Shown here one piece after another: positions 7,983 through 17,669 of a DNA stretch of 61,745 nt. Numbering within the stretch: position 1 is the first letter of the stretch; every line of letters begins with the position of its first letter. The position numbers and the translations under genes are program-made. The stretch is from Minisyncoccia bacterium (GTDB lineage Bacteria > Patescibacteriota > Minisyncoccia > Phycocordibacterales > UBA918), in the NCBI GenBank assembly GCA_041738755.1, contig JBGSPE010000006.1:1-61745 (forward strand), read 5' to 3'. The notes under the pieces are model-generated. The model ran no database searches and was not told the DNA's origin. It saw only the letters and a list, made by a program, of their open reading frames with translations.

Positions 7983-8564
7983 TTATCGAAGCGCTAATTG
8001 CTGTTTTAATTCAATGAGTGTTTCTAAGACAGAAATAAGTTCAAGGAGGAGGGTAATTTGTTTTTGAAGTTCAGCTTTATCTTGAGATAGGGAAGGAGTA
8101 GCTGGAGTGGTTGCTGTTGTAATAGCTGCAGCAGCAGGTATCTCCCAACAGCTTCGGGCCGAGTTCCACGGTGTGGTGCCTTGAGTCTCGTAAACGTGCC
8201 TGGCATATCCAAGGTTGCCTTCAAGGGTACTCAAATCAAATCCGAGAGAGCGCGCCGCAGTATTGTGTACGCTTTCAAAAAATTGAAAGACCCCAATCAT
8301 TTGTCCACCAGCTCCGCCTCGCAGCGGATTACCACTATCGGTAAATTGACGGAACTTTGATTCGCAGCGAGCAATTTCTACCATGGCTGGTGAATCAGCA
8401 AATACTTTTCGAACTTCTGCTTCAACCATCGCTGCATTATGGACTGTGCTGGTACTTGAGGTAGCGGTCTGCGCTGATACGGTCTGGCTAACTCCCAGTC
8501 CAAAGAAAAGACTAGCAATAAAGAGGAACGAAGATATGTGTTTCATAGCCTTCAATTCTACCAT
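7983..8564 (-). CDS. Secreted transglycosylase-like (lysozyme-like, Rpf-type ARCES motif) protein with a C-terminal coiled coil
   Basis: Signal peptide ending VSAQT. IARCESKFRQF...GVFQF motifs. Confidence 0.6.
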   Translation of the reverse strand: MVELKAMKHISSFLFIASLFFGLGVSQTVSAQTATSSTSTVHNAAMVEAEVRKVFADSPAMVEIARCESKFRQFTDSGNPLRGGAGGQMIGVFQFFESVHNTAARSLGFDLSTLEGNLGYARHVYETQGTTPWNSARSCWEIPAAAAITTATTPATPSLSQDKAELQKQITLLLELISVLETLIELKQQLALR

Positions 8565-8635
8565 TTACAGCTGCGATAATAGCTTGCCGAACGGTCATTT
8601 CGGTGGCTTGTCGTTTATTGAACCACTACATATAA

Positions 8636-8668
8636 ATAAAAAACGGCCCCCTCAATAGAGGGGGCCGT
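8636..8668 (-). terminator. Rho-independent terminator downstream of nhaB
   Basis: ACGGCCCCCTC-aata-GAGGGGGCCGT, followed on the minus strand by a T-run. Confidence 0.65.
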
Positions 8669-8693
8669 AAGGTGTTTAGACCTGGCTAAGGTC

Positions 8694-10220
8694 TTACAAG
8701 AAGAACCAGATACCAGCAAAGCCGACGATAGTGGTGACCACCGCATAGGGCAAGGCTAGCACCAGCATCCGCAGATACGATAGTTGGATGTGCTTGGTAG
8801 CCAAGACCGACATCAGCAAGAACAAGAACGCCGCCTGACCATTTGGGGTTGAGATACTCGGGATGTTCGTCCCGGTATTGATTGCAATTGCAATCTGGTC
8901 AAACTCGGCCCGAGTAATCTGGCCCGAGTCATACAACGTCTTGGCATCGGTGATGTAGAGCGAGGCCACAAACACATTGTCACTGATGGACGAGAGACCA
9001 CCAGTTGAAGCGTAGTAGGCGAGCAGTCGCTGCTTGCCTTCAAAGCTCATAATCCACTGCGTCACGGGATCAAACAGATGCTGCTGATGAATCATGGCAA
9101 CGACGGCAAAGAAGACGGCCAAGACCATCGAGAAAGCAGCGCTTTCCTTAATCGCCTCACCAATGTGGTGCTCCTCAGTCACGCCATTACTGATTGTGAC
9201 GAAGATGAGCACCCCCAACCCAACCAGGAACGGTGGGTAGGTGTGGGCTACCAGCCCGGCCACCAAGAGGATGGCTCCGAGTGCTTGTACCAAGAGAACG
9301 CTTGTGTCGTTCTTCGTCCGCTTCTTGGCGAGCTTCGCCGCCTCGATTTCAAGAACAGTCCGGACTCGGTAGGGCATCTCAGTACCATAATCAAGCCATT
9401 TGCTTTTCTCAAGCAGGATGCAGACCACAAAGCCACTGAAGGTAACCGGCAAAGTGACCGGAGCCATGATGAGAAAGAATTCAACAAAGCTCCAACCCAT
9501 AAGCTCGCCAATCAGCAGGTTTTGCGGCTCACCGACCAAGGTTAGAATACCGCCGAGCATGGTGCCGACAGCAGCGTGCATAGCGATACTGCGCAAAAAC
9601 GCGTCAAACTGAGCTCCATCATCTCGATGGTACTCAAAAATCTGCTTCTGCTCGGGTGTAAGTTTTTCGAGTTGCTGACCCAAGACCGAAATGGTGTTTT
9701 GGTAGGTCGTGTGTAGTCCGGTGAGGACCACGACCACCACCGAGATAACGGTCAGTGCGTCAAGCATCGCAGACATCAAAGCGCCAGCCACACTGAAGAG
9801 CAGAGCTACCGTAGTCTTGTTCCTGATACCAAGAATCAGCTTGGTGAAGGAGAAGATGAGTAACTCCTTCATCAGGGTGACCGCAGTCACTAGGAACAGT
9901 ACCAGGAGGATGATCGGCATATTGTGCTCGATTTCCTTCGTAACTGCCTCCGGGGTAGCCATTTGAAGCAGGACAATTGCCTGAAAGGCAATGATCCCAC
10001 CAGGCAAGAGAGGAAAGCATTTGATGGCCAGCGTCAGGGTGGCGATGAACTCGGCCAGAATCAGCCAGCCAGCGGCGAATGGTCCGAGTGTCAGGTAGAC
10101 AAGCGGATTGATGATGAGGGCTGCGATGACCGCCTGTTTGTACCAGACGGGCGAGTGGCCCATGAAGTTGTTGAGAAAGCTATTGCTCTCCCAAATCGTT
10201 GCGGCTTGTGCGTTTTTCAC
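8694..10220 (-). CDS. nhaB: Na+/H+ antiporter NhaB
   Basis: Collinear, from memory, with E. coli NhaB. Shared segments include FLNNFMGHSPVWYKQAVIAALIINPLV, VGEPQNLLIG, SSISDNVFV and NTGTNIPSISTPNGQAAFLFLL. 508 aa. Confidence 0.92.
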   Translation of the reverse strand: MKNAQAATIWESNSFLNNFMGHSPVWYKQAVIAALIINPLVYLTLGPFAAGWLILAEFIATLTLAIKCFPLLPGGIIAFQAIVLLQMATPEAVTKEIEHNMPIILLVLFLVTAVTLMKELLIFSFTKLILGIRNKTTVALLFSVAGALMSAMLDALTVISVVVVVLTGLHTTYQNTISVLGQQLEKLTPEQKQIFEYHRDDGAQFDAFLRSIAMHAAVGTMLGGILTLVGEPQNLLIGELMGWSFVEFFLIMAPVTLPVTFSGFVVCILLEKSKWLDYGTEMPYRVRTVLEIEAAKLAKKRTKNDTSVLLVQALGAILLVAGLVAHTYPPFLVGLGVLIFVTISNGVTEEHHIGEAIKESAAFSMVLAVFFAVVAMIHQQHLFDPVTQWIMSFEGKQRLLAYYASTGGLSSISDNVFVASLYITDAKTLYDSGQITRAEFDQIAIAINTGTNIPSISTPNGQAAFLFLLMSVLATKHIQLSYLRMLVLALPYAVVTTIVGFAGIWFFL

Positions 10221-10305
10221 GCGATTCTCCTTTCAAAGGACAGAGGAACTTATAGCTGAATCAGGTCAGTTGCCCGGAAAATACCACACTTTATCAAAAA
10301 GGTCA

Positions 10306-11598
10306 TTATTGACTTGAGTCGTAAATGCTTTTACAGTCAATTTTTTTGGCAATTAGGCTCGCAGTATAGGTAACCAAAAGTAATGGAAGCAGTAATTCAA
10401 AAGAGTCAGACATTTCAAATATAATAAAGGCTGCCGTAAGGGGAGCGTGGGCGGCCCCAGCAAATACACCCGCCATACCAAGGAGAATCAAGTATGGTGC
10501 AAAGGTTGGTGGTATAAGACCAAAAAGTAAGAGTGTGCTCACTACAATACTCCCGAGAATAGCACCGAGCAAAAGCAACGGAGCGAAAATGCCACCAGAG
10601 CCACTAGAGCCAAGGGTAATGCTTGTGGCGAGCATTTTTGCAACTAAAAGAACGAGTAAGAATGTTATTGGAAGACTGGTTAGTCGGACGAGGTCAATAA
10701 TGAGTGGGTTGGCGGCTGGTTCGTGAAGGTAGGGAAGGAGAAGACCCATGCAGCCAATCACAAATCCTCCAAGTGCTGGTTTGAAAATTGGGTGCAAGGC
10801 AATCTTTTTAAAGATTTTTCTACCAAGATTGAGAATGGTTCCAAATGAAAGTGCCAGTAGAGCTGCTGCTATGCCAAGTCCAATAATGCTCACAAACGTA
10901 CCGATTGAGATAACCATGATGGCGTCGGTTGTTTGCCATTTGATTTCGTGGCCGATTATAAAGGCGGCAATTAAACTTGAGAGGATTGCACTCGTGGTGA
11001 TTAAGAAGATGTGAAAGAAACTCTTCGTACGGTGTCGAAGAATTTCGATGGTAAAAAATACGCCGGCGATGGGGGCACCGAAGGTGCCCCCAATACCAGC
11101 GGCTGCTCCGCAGGCAAGAAGGAGGCGACGTTCAGGAGTTGCTTGCTTGGTGAGCTGAGCGATAGTCGAGCCAATGGTGGAGCCAATCTGAATAATCGGT
11201 CCTTCTCGTCCGGCTGAGCCACCTGAGCCGAGAGTGAGCGCAGCGGTGATAATTTTGACTGGTGCAACTATGGGTCGGATTCGGCCTCTTCGTTCCGCGA
11301 GTGCATCCATAACTTCTGGAACACCTTCACCTTCAGCTTCACTCACTTTGGCGAGATAGAATATAATCCCTACCAATAACCCGCCAAGCGTAGGAATGAG
11401 GACTCTTTGCCAGGTAGGAATCGCTGTTACGGTGGTAATAAAATCACCACTACCAGAAAACCCAAAAAAGCCGTATGTACTCAAAAAGATCAGAAAATGA
11501 AAGAGGGCAGCACCAATAGCACCCCCAACTCCCACGATAAGAGCCAAAAGTAATAATCCAATCGGGGTACCCTTACTCAGCCAGGTCTGAAACGTCAT
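10306..11598 (-). CDS. ClC family chloride channel / H+-Cl- antiporter
   Basis: Motifs GSGGSAGREGP, GGTFGAPIAGVFFTIE and GSSGSGGIFAP. Confidence 0.92.
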   Translation of the reverse strand: MTFQTWLSKGTPIGLLLLALIVGVGGAIGAALFHFLIFLSTYGFFGFSGSGDFITTVTAIPTWQRVLIPTLGGLLVGIIFYLAKVSEAEGEGVPEVMDALAERRGRIRPIVAPVKIITAALTLGSGGSAGREGPIIQIGSTIGSTIAQLTKQATPERRLLLACGAAAGIGGTFGAPIAGVFFTIEILRHRTKSFFHIFLITTSAILSSLIAAFIIGHEIKWQTTDAIMVISIGTFVSIIGLGIAAALLALSFGTILNLGRKIFKKIALHPIFKPALGGFVIGCMGLLLPYLHEPAANPLIIDLVRLTSLPITFLLVLLVAKMLATSITLGSSGSGGIFAPLLLLGAILGSIVVSTLLLFGLIPPTFAPYLILLGMAGVFAGAAHAPLTAAFIIFEMSDSFELLLPLLLVTYTASLIAKKIDCKSIYDSSQ

Positions 11599-11665
11599 CT
11601 GTTCATTCTAGTACGAAAGTGATAAAAACTGAGAAACATGCTGTCCATAAGGTATACTTTGCTAT

Positions 11666-12520
11666 ATGAATACATTCCATCGAAGATTGCTGGGATTATC
11701 GAGGCCACACTTCTGGCTCTATGAACTAGGAACCTTTTTTATTGGGGTAGTGATTGCAGCGTCTGCAAGTAGTGTGTTACTTAGTCCTTGGGTACTCTTG
11801 TATGCATTATATTTTCTTTTTCCAGCCAATCTTTTGATTTACGGCATTAATGATATTTATGATTATGAAACTGACCGATTAAATCCGAAAAAAGCTGGGT
11901 ACGAAGCAGTGTTACCAAAATCCCTTCATCCAAAAGTCTTAAAAGCCATTTTATATACCAACGCACCATTCATTTTGTTGGCGGTATGGTTGCCTCAGCC
12001 TGCGACGATTGCTCTTTTAGTGTTTGTTCTGTGTGCGACATTTTATTCTGCGTCACCTATCCGAGCAAAGGCTCGTCCAGGCTATGATAGTGTATTCTCA
12101 GCAGGGCATTATGTAGCAACCGGTGTCTTTGGGTATTACGTGGCAGGTGGTACGACAGGAGCCATATGGCTTCCGGTAGTCGCAGGGATGGCGTGGGCTA
12201 TGGCAATGCACGCCTACTCAGCGGTGCCTGATATAAAAGCTGATGCATCTGCCAAGCTGGCAACTATTGCGACTTTGCTAGGGAAGAAAGTGACCATTTG
12301 GTTATGTCTGGTATTTTATACCGTGGCAGCGTGGATAGCATCACAATATCTTGGCGGTATGGCGATTGTGTTGTATATCCCATATCTCCTCATGATGATT
12401 CTTTCGCTTTACAGTAATGAAGCGCAGCTTTTTAAACTGTATACCTACTTTCCATGGATTAATGGGATTGTTGGGATGGTTATTTTCTTCACTATCCTCT
12501 TACAAAAGTCGTGGCTATAA
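11666..12520 (+). CDS. UbiA-family prenyltransferase, possibly a lycopene elongase-type carotenoid prenyltransferase
   Basis: Polytopic membrane protein with NDIYDYETD. Its 3' end converges on crtI. Confidence 0.75.
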   Translation: MNTFHRRLLGLSRPHFWLYELGTFFIGVVIAASASSVLLSPWVLLYALYFLFPANLLIYGINDIYDYETDRLNPKKAGYEAVLPKSLHPKVLKAILYTNAPFILLAVWLPQPATIALLVFVLCATFYSASPIRAKARPGYDSVFSAGHYVATGVFGYYVAGGTTGAIWLPVVAGMAWAMAMHAYSAVPDIKADASAKLATIATLLGKKVTIWLCLVFYTVAAWIASQYLGGMAIVLYIPYLLMMILSLYSNEAQLFKLYTYFPWINGIVGMVIFFTILLQKSWL

Positions 12521-14023
12521 TTCAGTCAGTGGATGTGGTCCAGTCAAACCTTCAATTCGTTTATAGGCATTTTGGGCTGAGATAACACAGATAGGCATCC
12601 CGATACCGGGGTTGGTGTACGAACCAACAAAGTACAGGTCCTTCACTTTTTTAGATATATTATTTGGTCGCCAGAGGGCTGACTGTCCCAGAGTGTGAGC
12701 GAGACCAAGAGCGGTTCCTTGGTAGCTATTGTAGTCTTGCTTGAAATCAGCTACAGAGTAGGTTCGTTTGAATACAATCAATTCCCGAAGTCCGCTCATG
12801 CCCATGTTTTTTTCGAGGATAGCAATCGTTCTGTCGCTCCATTTATCGAGTGTCGCTTGGTCGTAGGTGATGCCAGCTGAGATGGGGACTAGCACAAACA
12901 AGTTTTCATTCCCTGCGGGAGCTACCTTTGGATCAGTCTTGCTCGGAGCACAGACATAAATCGACGGGTCGGTAGGGAAGTCATGATAATCAAAAATCTC
13001 CTTGAAGTTTTTGTCCCAGTCAGGTGAAAAGAGAAGATTATGGTGCGAAAGACTCGGAAGGGTTTTGTTGACACCCAGGTACATAATGAACGCACTGGGA
13101 GCGAGTTTCCGATTTTTCCAATACTGTTCACTATGATCACGCAATTCGACCGGAAGGAGTTTGGTCTCAGTATGATGAAGGTCAGCGTTTGATATCACGA
13201 CATCGGCGTGAATGGTTTCACCCGACTCAAGGGTGATTCCAACCGCCTTTTTATCTTTGGTAACGATAGAAGCAACTGGGGCATCAAAGTGAAATTCAGC
13301 TCCGTATTTTTTAGCTACCTCGGCAATTGCCAAAGGCAGTTTACCAATCCCTCCGTCTGGGTACCAAATACCAAGATCAAAGTCGACATGGTTCATCAGT
13401 CGGTACATACCGGGGGCGTCTTTTGGTGCGGTACCAAGTAACACCATCTGGAACATCATGACTTTTTTAAGTAACTCTGATTTGAAGGTTCGACTAATAA
13501 TCTGCTCCATGTTGCGGTAAATCTCTAGTTTACGACCTTCTCGCATCACTCGCTTATTGAAGAAGTCGAAGAGTGAATTGTAGTTTTTATAAATAAACTC
13601 ATGCTTAGCGATTTGATATTGCCGTTTACTTTCATCAAGGTAGGTGACAAGTTTTTCACCAGACCCTGGTTCAATTGCATTAAAAATCTCTTGGTTCTTT
13701 TCTCGGTCAGCAAAGAAATCCTGGTAACTCCCATCGCTTGAAAGGAATACTCGGTATGATGGGGCAAGTTTTTTTAAGGAAAGATAGTCGTTGATGTCTT
13801 CGCCAAGGAGGGTAAAGAATTCCTCAAATACGTCCGGCATCATGTACCATGATGGACCTAAGTCAAACGCAAATCCTTCATGTTCAATAATCCGAGCCCG
13901 ACCGCCGAGCGTACTATTTTTTTCATAGACAGACACCGCATACCCTTTTTTGGCAAGCATAGCGGCGAGAGACAGACCACCGATACCGGCTCCGATAATG
14001 ATGGCAGTTTTTTTATTTGACAT
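12515..14023 (-). CDS. crtI: Phytoene desaturase
   Basis: FAD fingerprint IIGAGIGGLSLAAMLAKKGYAVSVYEKNSTLGGRA. 502 aa. Sits next to crtB. Confidence 0.9.
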   Translation of the reverse strand: MSNKKTAIIIGAGIGGLSLAAMLAKKGYAVSVYEKNSTLGGRARIIEHEGFAFDLGPSWYMMPDVFEEFFTLLGEDINDYLSLKKLAPSYRVFLSSDGSYQDFFADREKNQEIFNAIEPGSGEKLVTYLDESKRQYQIAKHEFIYKNYNSLFDFFNKRVMREGRKLEIYRNMEQIISRTFKSELLKKVMMFQMVLLGTAPKDAPGMYRLMNHVDFDLGIWYPDGGIGKLPLAIAEVAKKYGAEFHFDAPVASIVTKDKKAVGITLESGETIHADVVISNADLHHTETKLLPVELRDHSEQYWKNRKLAPSAFIMYLGVNKTLPSLSHHNLLFSPDWDKNFKEIFDYHDFPTDPSIYVCAPSKTDPKVAPAGNENLFVLVPISAGITYDQATLDKWSDRTIAILEKNMGMSGLRELIVFKRTYSVADFKQDYNSYQGTALGLAHTLGQSALWRPNNISKKVKDLYFVGSYTNPGIGMPICVISAQNAYKRIEGLTGPHPLTEL

Positions 14024-14855
14024 ACGAGGTGATAACTAACTTACATTTTTGTAATGGGCTGAGACTGGCTTTGGGGAGTGTGATGTTGTACTGATTTTTT
14101 TCGATTCGGTCTAAAATCCCCTCATAAAATCGAGCAGCTAGACGAACGGCTCGTCTAGCTTTCGGTGGTAGAAGGTCGATACCAGTATCTGCCTCCCGAA
14201 AGAGCATACGCGCCCGATCGACTTCAAATTTCATAAGAGCAATTAATTTCGGTGAGGGTGTGTCGGCTACGAGGTCAGATATGTGCACGCCGTAGATAGC
14301 AAGATCAGCTTGAGGGAGATAAACTCGCTTCCGCAACTCATAGTCTTCTTTGATGTCTCGTAAGAAGTTTGTGAACTGCATCGCCTCACCGAGCTTTTCT
14401 GCGTAAGGGAGAGCAGCTTCGTTCGTGCACCCAAACACTTTGGTTAACATTACCCCAACTACTTCGGCCGAGCCACGCATGTAATGCTTGAGTTCATCAT
14501 AGGTTTGATACTCGGTTTTGTGTAAATCAAGAATCATGGCATCAATAAATTCGATACTCACAGAAAACGGGATATCATATTCTAAAAATACTTCCCGGGT
14601 GGCCAGCATGATGTCATTGGTGCCTTCACCCGTTTCGTACACTCGCTGCCAATCTTCTTTCCAAGTGCGTAAAAGTTCGGCCGGGTCACTGCCGGGCGTG
14701 GGGTTATCAACCATCTCGTCAGGAATACGGACAAAGGCGTAGAGAATAAATACCGCTTCGCGCATTTTTTTTGGTAAGAACAAGGTGGCAAGGTAGTAGT
14801 TGCTACCATAAGTACGTTCAATCCCTCGAGCTTTGTTGATGGTTGCTAGTTTCAT
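14013..14855 (-). CDS. crtB: Phytoene synthase
   Basis: Squalene/phytoene synthase motifs YAFVRIPDEMVD and FTNFLRDIKEDYELRKRVYLP. Confidence 0.9.
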   Translation of the reverse strand: MKLATINKARGIERTYGSNYYLATLFLPKKMREAVFILYAFVRIPDEMVDNPTPGSDPAELLRTWKEDWQRVYETGEGTNDIMLATREVFLEYDIPFSVSIEFIDAMILDLHKTEYQTYDELKHYMRGSAEVVGVMLTKVFGCTNEAALPYAEKLGEAMQFTNFLRDIKEDYELRKRVYLPQADLAIYGVHISDLVADTPSPKLIALMKFEVDRARMLFREADTGIDLLPPKARRAVRLAARFYEGILDRIEKNQYNITLPKASLSPLQKCKLVITSYVK

Positions 14856-15952
14856 TATGAAGTTCGTTTGGTGAGGAGCCCAAGAAGATTGGTAAACAAC
14901 GCAGCGTCAGACTGTGATAATTTATGCTCTATAATTAGCCCCTTAGCAGTAGTTTCGTACGAGACGATGAGTTCTTCTGCATACGAAACGGCACCAGACT
15001 GCATAAACGCAGACATCAGCTCAGCCTGATCTTCAGTAGTGAGTTGTTTACCACTGAAGTCCTCAAGAAGGTCTTTGGCATCACCTCCATTTTCACGGAT
15101 ATACGTAGTTAACATGGTGTGTTGATTTTGTGTTATATCCTGGAAACAGGGCTTTTTGGTATTTTTTGGATCACCAATGACATCAAGTAAGTCATCTTGC
15201 AACTGGAAGAGAAGACCGAGTTGTTCACCAAAGGCTAGTACAAAAGGAACTAACTCAGGCTTATTAGCTGCTAGTACTCCCATGTGGAGTGGGCGAGTGA
15301 AGGTGTAGTACGCAGTTTTGAGACGATTTTTTTCTTCAACTTGTGCTTTGGTGACCGTGGATTGACTCGTGAGATGTACATCGAGCATTTGTCCGATACA
15401 TACCTCATCAATCAAGGTGCTAAATACCGCACAAACAGCCTGTGCTTGCGGGTGACCACTCTGTCGAAATTCTGTAATGAGTGTAAATACCGAATTAAAA
15501 AGAATATCTCCGGCCAGAATAGCTTGATTATCCGCTACTCGTTTTGGCGGAAGTCCTACTGTTTGACTGTAAAACTGTTCTTCTGCAAAGGTGTGGATGG
15601 TTGGTACACCGTGTCTCGTATGAGCTTCATCCATCACGTCATCATGAACCAGGCAAAAGACATGGAATAACTCAAGAGCCTTTAATAGCGGTAGAAGGTC
15701 TGCTTCTCTGGCATCCCGGGTGAAGTGTCGATACACTGACCAGACCAAGAACGGTCTAATACGCTTACCGCCCTGAGCCACTGCGGTGAGATGGTTCAAA
15801 ATAGCACTAATTTCTGGGGCACTAGAAATTGCCTGATATCGAGTGGTTTCGGTCTCGAGCCAGGATTGGATTTCAATATTGAGTAGCGTTCTAAAACTTG
15901 CTGCGTCGTCTTGCATAGGGATGACCCCGCAAAACATGCGCGTGGGTACCAC
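14855..15952 (-). CDS. Polyprenyl (probably geranylgeranyl) diphosphate synthase
   Basis: First DDxxD motif LVHDDVMDEAHTRHG and second FQLQDDLLDVIGD. The true start may be the ATG at 15916 (MQDDAAS). Confidence 0.85.
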   Translation of the reverse strand: MVPTRMFCGVIPMQDDAASFRTLLNIEIQSWLETETTRYQAISSAPEISAILNHLTAVAQGGKRIRPFLVWSVYRHFTRDAREADLLPLLKALELFHVFCLVHDDVMDEAHTRHGVPTIHTFAEEQFYSQTVGLPPKRVADNQAILAGDILFNSVFTLITEFRQSGHPQAQAVCAVFSTLIDEVCIGQMLDVHLTSQSTVTKAQVEEKNRLKTAYYTFTRPLHMGVLAANKPELVPFVLAFGEQLGLLFQLQDDLLDVIGDPKNTKKPCFQDITQNQHTMLTTYIRENGGDAKDLLEDFSGKQLTTEDQAELMSAFMQSGAVSYAEELIVSYETTAKGLIIEHKLSQSDAALFTNLLGLLTKRTS

Positions 15953-16072
15953 CAGTATACACTACTGAATAAAAAACTGAGTAAATTTAGTAGGTGGAAG
16001 GGTATATATTGACTTTATGTAGTAAAATGGTATTATATGCGAGTAACATTGTTCTCAATTTAGGGGGTTATC

Positions 16073-16831
16073 ATGCCTGTAATTACCACTGCTCTCGCAG
16101 TAGTCGCTTCCGCATCGGCCCCACTCGTGGTCTTTGATAATGAAGGTAAATCTATTCAGTCGGAATTTTGCCTGGAGGATCTTCAGGCACAGGAAACTGA
16201 GTTGAAAGAGGACTCGGAAAAGCTCAATGTCGAAGGCTACGTAGCGGTTTGGAATCGCTATGTAGACCACGATTCGTTTGTTCAGGTGGACGAGCCAGTT
16301 ATTGACGCTTATGCAACAATCGAAGTCGTCGATGGTTTGAGCTTGGCAGTCTGGAATATTCAGGCGGTTGATCCAGAACCACAGGTGGGGGACGAGCTGT
16401 ACTTGTCAGCTATCTATGAGCTGCCGGTTACAGACGAGCTTTTGCTGACGGCAGAGGTCGGACGGTCATGGAACAATGGGTTCAATGATATCTGGATTTT
16501 CTCCGGTACAGCCGAATACCATTCGTTCGATGTCTCAATCACGAAGTTTGTGGTTGATGATGGACCATTTACCGAAGAAGGCGATGGTGAAAATGCCACA
16601 CGACTCCAGTTTGGCTATACGTTTCCTGAGCTTGGAGAAATGACAACTCGAGCGATGGTGACCCACGAAACAGGCTTTGGTCTGTCTGACATCACAACAG
16701 TTGGCGTGGAGGCAGAATTACCACTCACTGACCGTTGGTCACTACGAGCAGAAGTCCTTGCTCCGCTTGTTAAAAGGTTTGATGACGATCGCTCGGCGTC
16801 GATTACGTTCGGCATCGCCTTTACCTTCTAA
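16073..16831 (+). CDS. Hypothetical secreted protein with outer-membrane beta-barrel-like features
   Basis: SD AGGGGG. Signal-like N-terminus ...ASASA. Repeated amphipathic beta-strand pattern. C-terminus ITFGIAFTF ends in Phe. Confidence 0.5.
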   Translation: MPVITTALAVVASASAPLVVFDNEGKSIQSEFCLEDLQAQETELKEDSEKLNVEGYVAVWNRYVDHDSFVQVDEPVIDAYATIEVVDGLSLAVWNIQAVDPEPQVGDELYLSAIYELPVTDELLLTAEVGRSWNNGFNDIWIFSGTAEYHSFDVSITKFVVDDGPFTEEGDGENATRLQFGYTFPELGEMTTRAMVTHETGFGLSDITTVGVEAELPLTDRWSLRAEVLAPLVKRFDDDRSASITFGIAFTF

Positions 16832-16872
16832 CTTCAAACATGAAAGCCACGTGCTGCTTGAAGTACATCTAC

Positions 16873-16906
16873 GCCCCGGACCAATTTGGTCCGGGGCTTT
16901 TCTTTT
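16873..16906 (+). terminator. Rho-independent terminator
   Basis: GCCCCGGACC-aattt-GGTCCGGGGC followed by TTTTCTTTT. Confidence 0.75.
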
Positions 16907-16923
16907 AGAATATAAAGTTTTGA

Positions 16924-16952
16924 TTGACAGATAATTTATTATATTGTAGTAT
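16924..16952 (+). promoter_or_regulatory. Sigma70-like promoter of the cold-shock gene, with a long (about 85-nt) 5' UTR
   Basis: TTGACA (16924-16929), 17-nt spacer, TAGTAT (16947-16952). Confidence 0.55.
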
Positions 16953-17036
16953 AGTTGTTCAAATCGAAATTGTAGAAAACCAAAAGTTTTTGCAGTCTTA
17001 GAGTTTGAGACTTTATCCGCTTTTGTTTTACACAAT

Positions 17037-17237
17037 ATGCAAACAGGCACTATCGCACGACTTAACAATGGTTACGGGTTCATCGCTCGAGAAGGAGGAG
17101 AAAAAGATCTTTTCTTTCACGTAAATGAACTCCAAGGCGTTACATTTGACGAACTTCGAGAAGGAGACAAGCTTCAATTTGAAGTCGGAGAAGGTCCAAA
17201 GGGACCAAACGCTGTCAAAGTAAGTCGAGCTGCGTAA
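17037..17237 (+). CDS. Cold-shock protein (CspA family)
   Basis: RNP motifs GYGFI and DLFFHV. 66 aa. Confidence 0.93.
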   Translation: MQTGTIARLNNGYGFIAREGGEKDLFFHVNELQGVTFDELREGDKLQFEVGEGPKGPNAVKVSRAA

Positions 17238-17255
17238 GTATTCGCAACGACCACG

Positions 17256-17285
17256 AAAAATCCCTCACTTGGTGAGGGATTTTTC
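17256..17285 (+). terminator. Rho-independent terminator
   Basis: AAAAATCCCTCAC-ttg-GTGAGGGATTTTT. Confidence 0.75.
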
Positions 17286-17353
17286 GTGCCTGGGGATACT
17301 CGTCTTTTGAAAACGTAGTATACTGTAGGTACTTACTACGTAATTATTGCCAT

Positions 17354-17665
17354 ATGCTTACCTTGTTTTATCGACCGACCTGTCCATTTTGCCAACGTGT
17401 TCTCCAGATGGCAGAAAATTTAAACGTCACCCTTGACCTTAAAGATATTTCAGAAGATGCAGATGCAGCTGAAGAATTAGTAGCCAAAGGCGGAAAGACT
17501 CAAGTGCCATTTCTCGTAGATACCGATCGAGATGTGATGATGTATGAGTCGAGTGATATTATCGACTACTTGCGTGAACATGGTGGAAAGAAGGAGGCTG
17601 TTGCCGCTACTGCAAAGCCACGAGTTCATATCAGTAGTTCTGTCTGTGAATCGTGTGAGGGCTAA
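17354..17665 (+). CDS. Glutaredoxin-family protein
   Basis: CPFC active site, QVPFL, and ESSDIIDYL. Confidence 0.75.
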   Translation: MLTLFYRPTCPFCQRVLQMAENLNVTLDLKDISEDADAAEELVAKGGKTQVPFLVDTDRDVMMYESSDIIDYLREHGGKKEAVAATAKPRVHISSSVCESCEG

Positions 17666-17669
17666 GTAG

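Noticed and set aside
9078-10317. Multiple 60-155-aa ORFs on both strands inside nhaB
   Set aside because: These are shadow ORFs typical of GC-richer coding sequence. NhaB accounts for the whole region.
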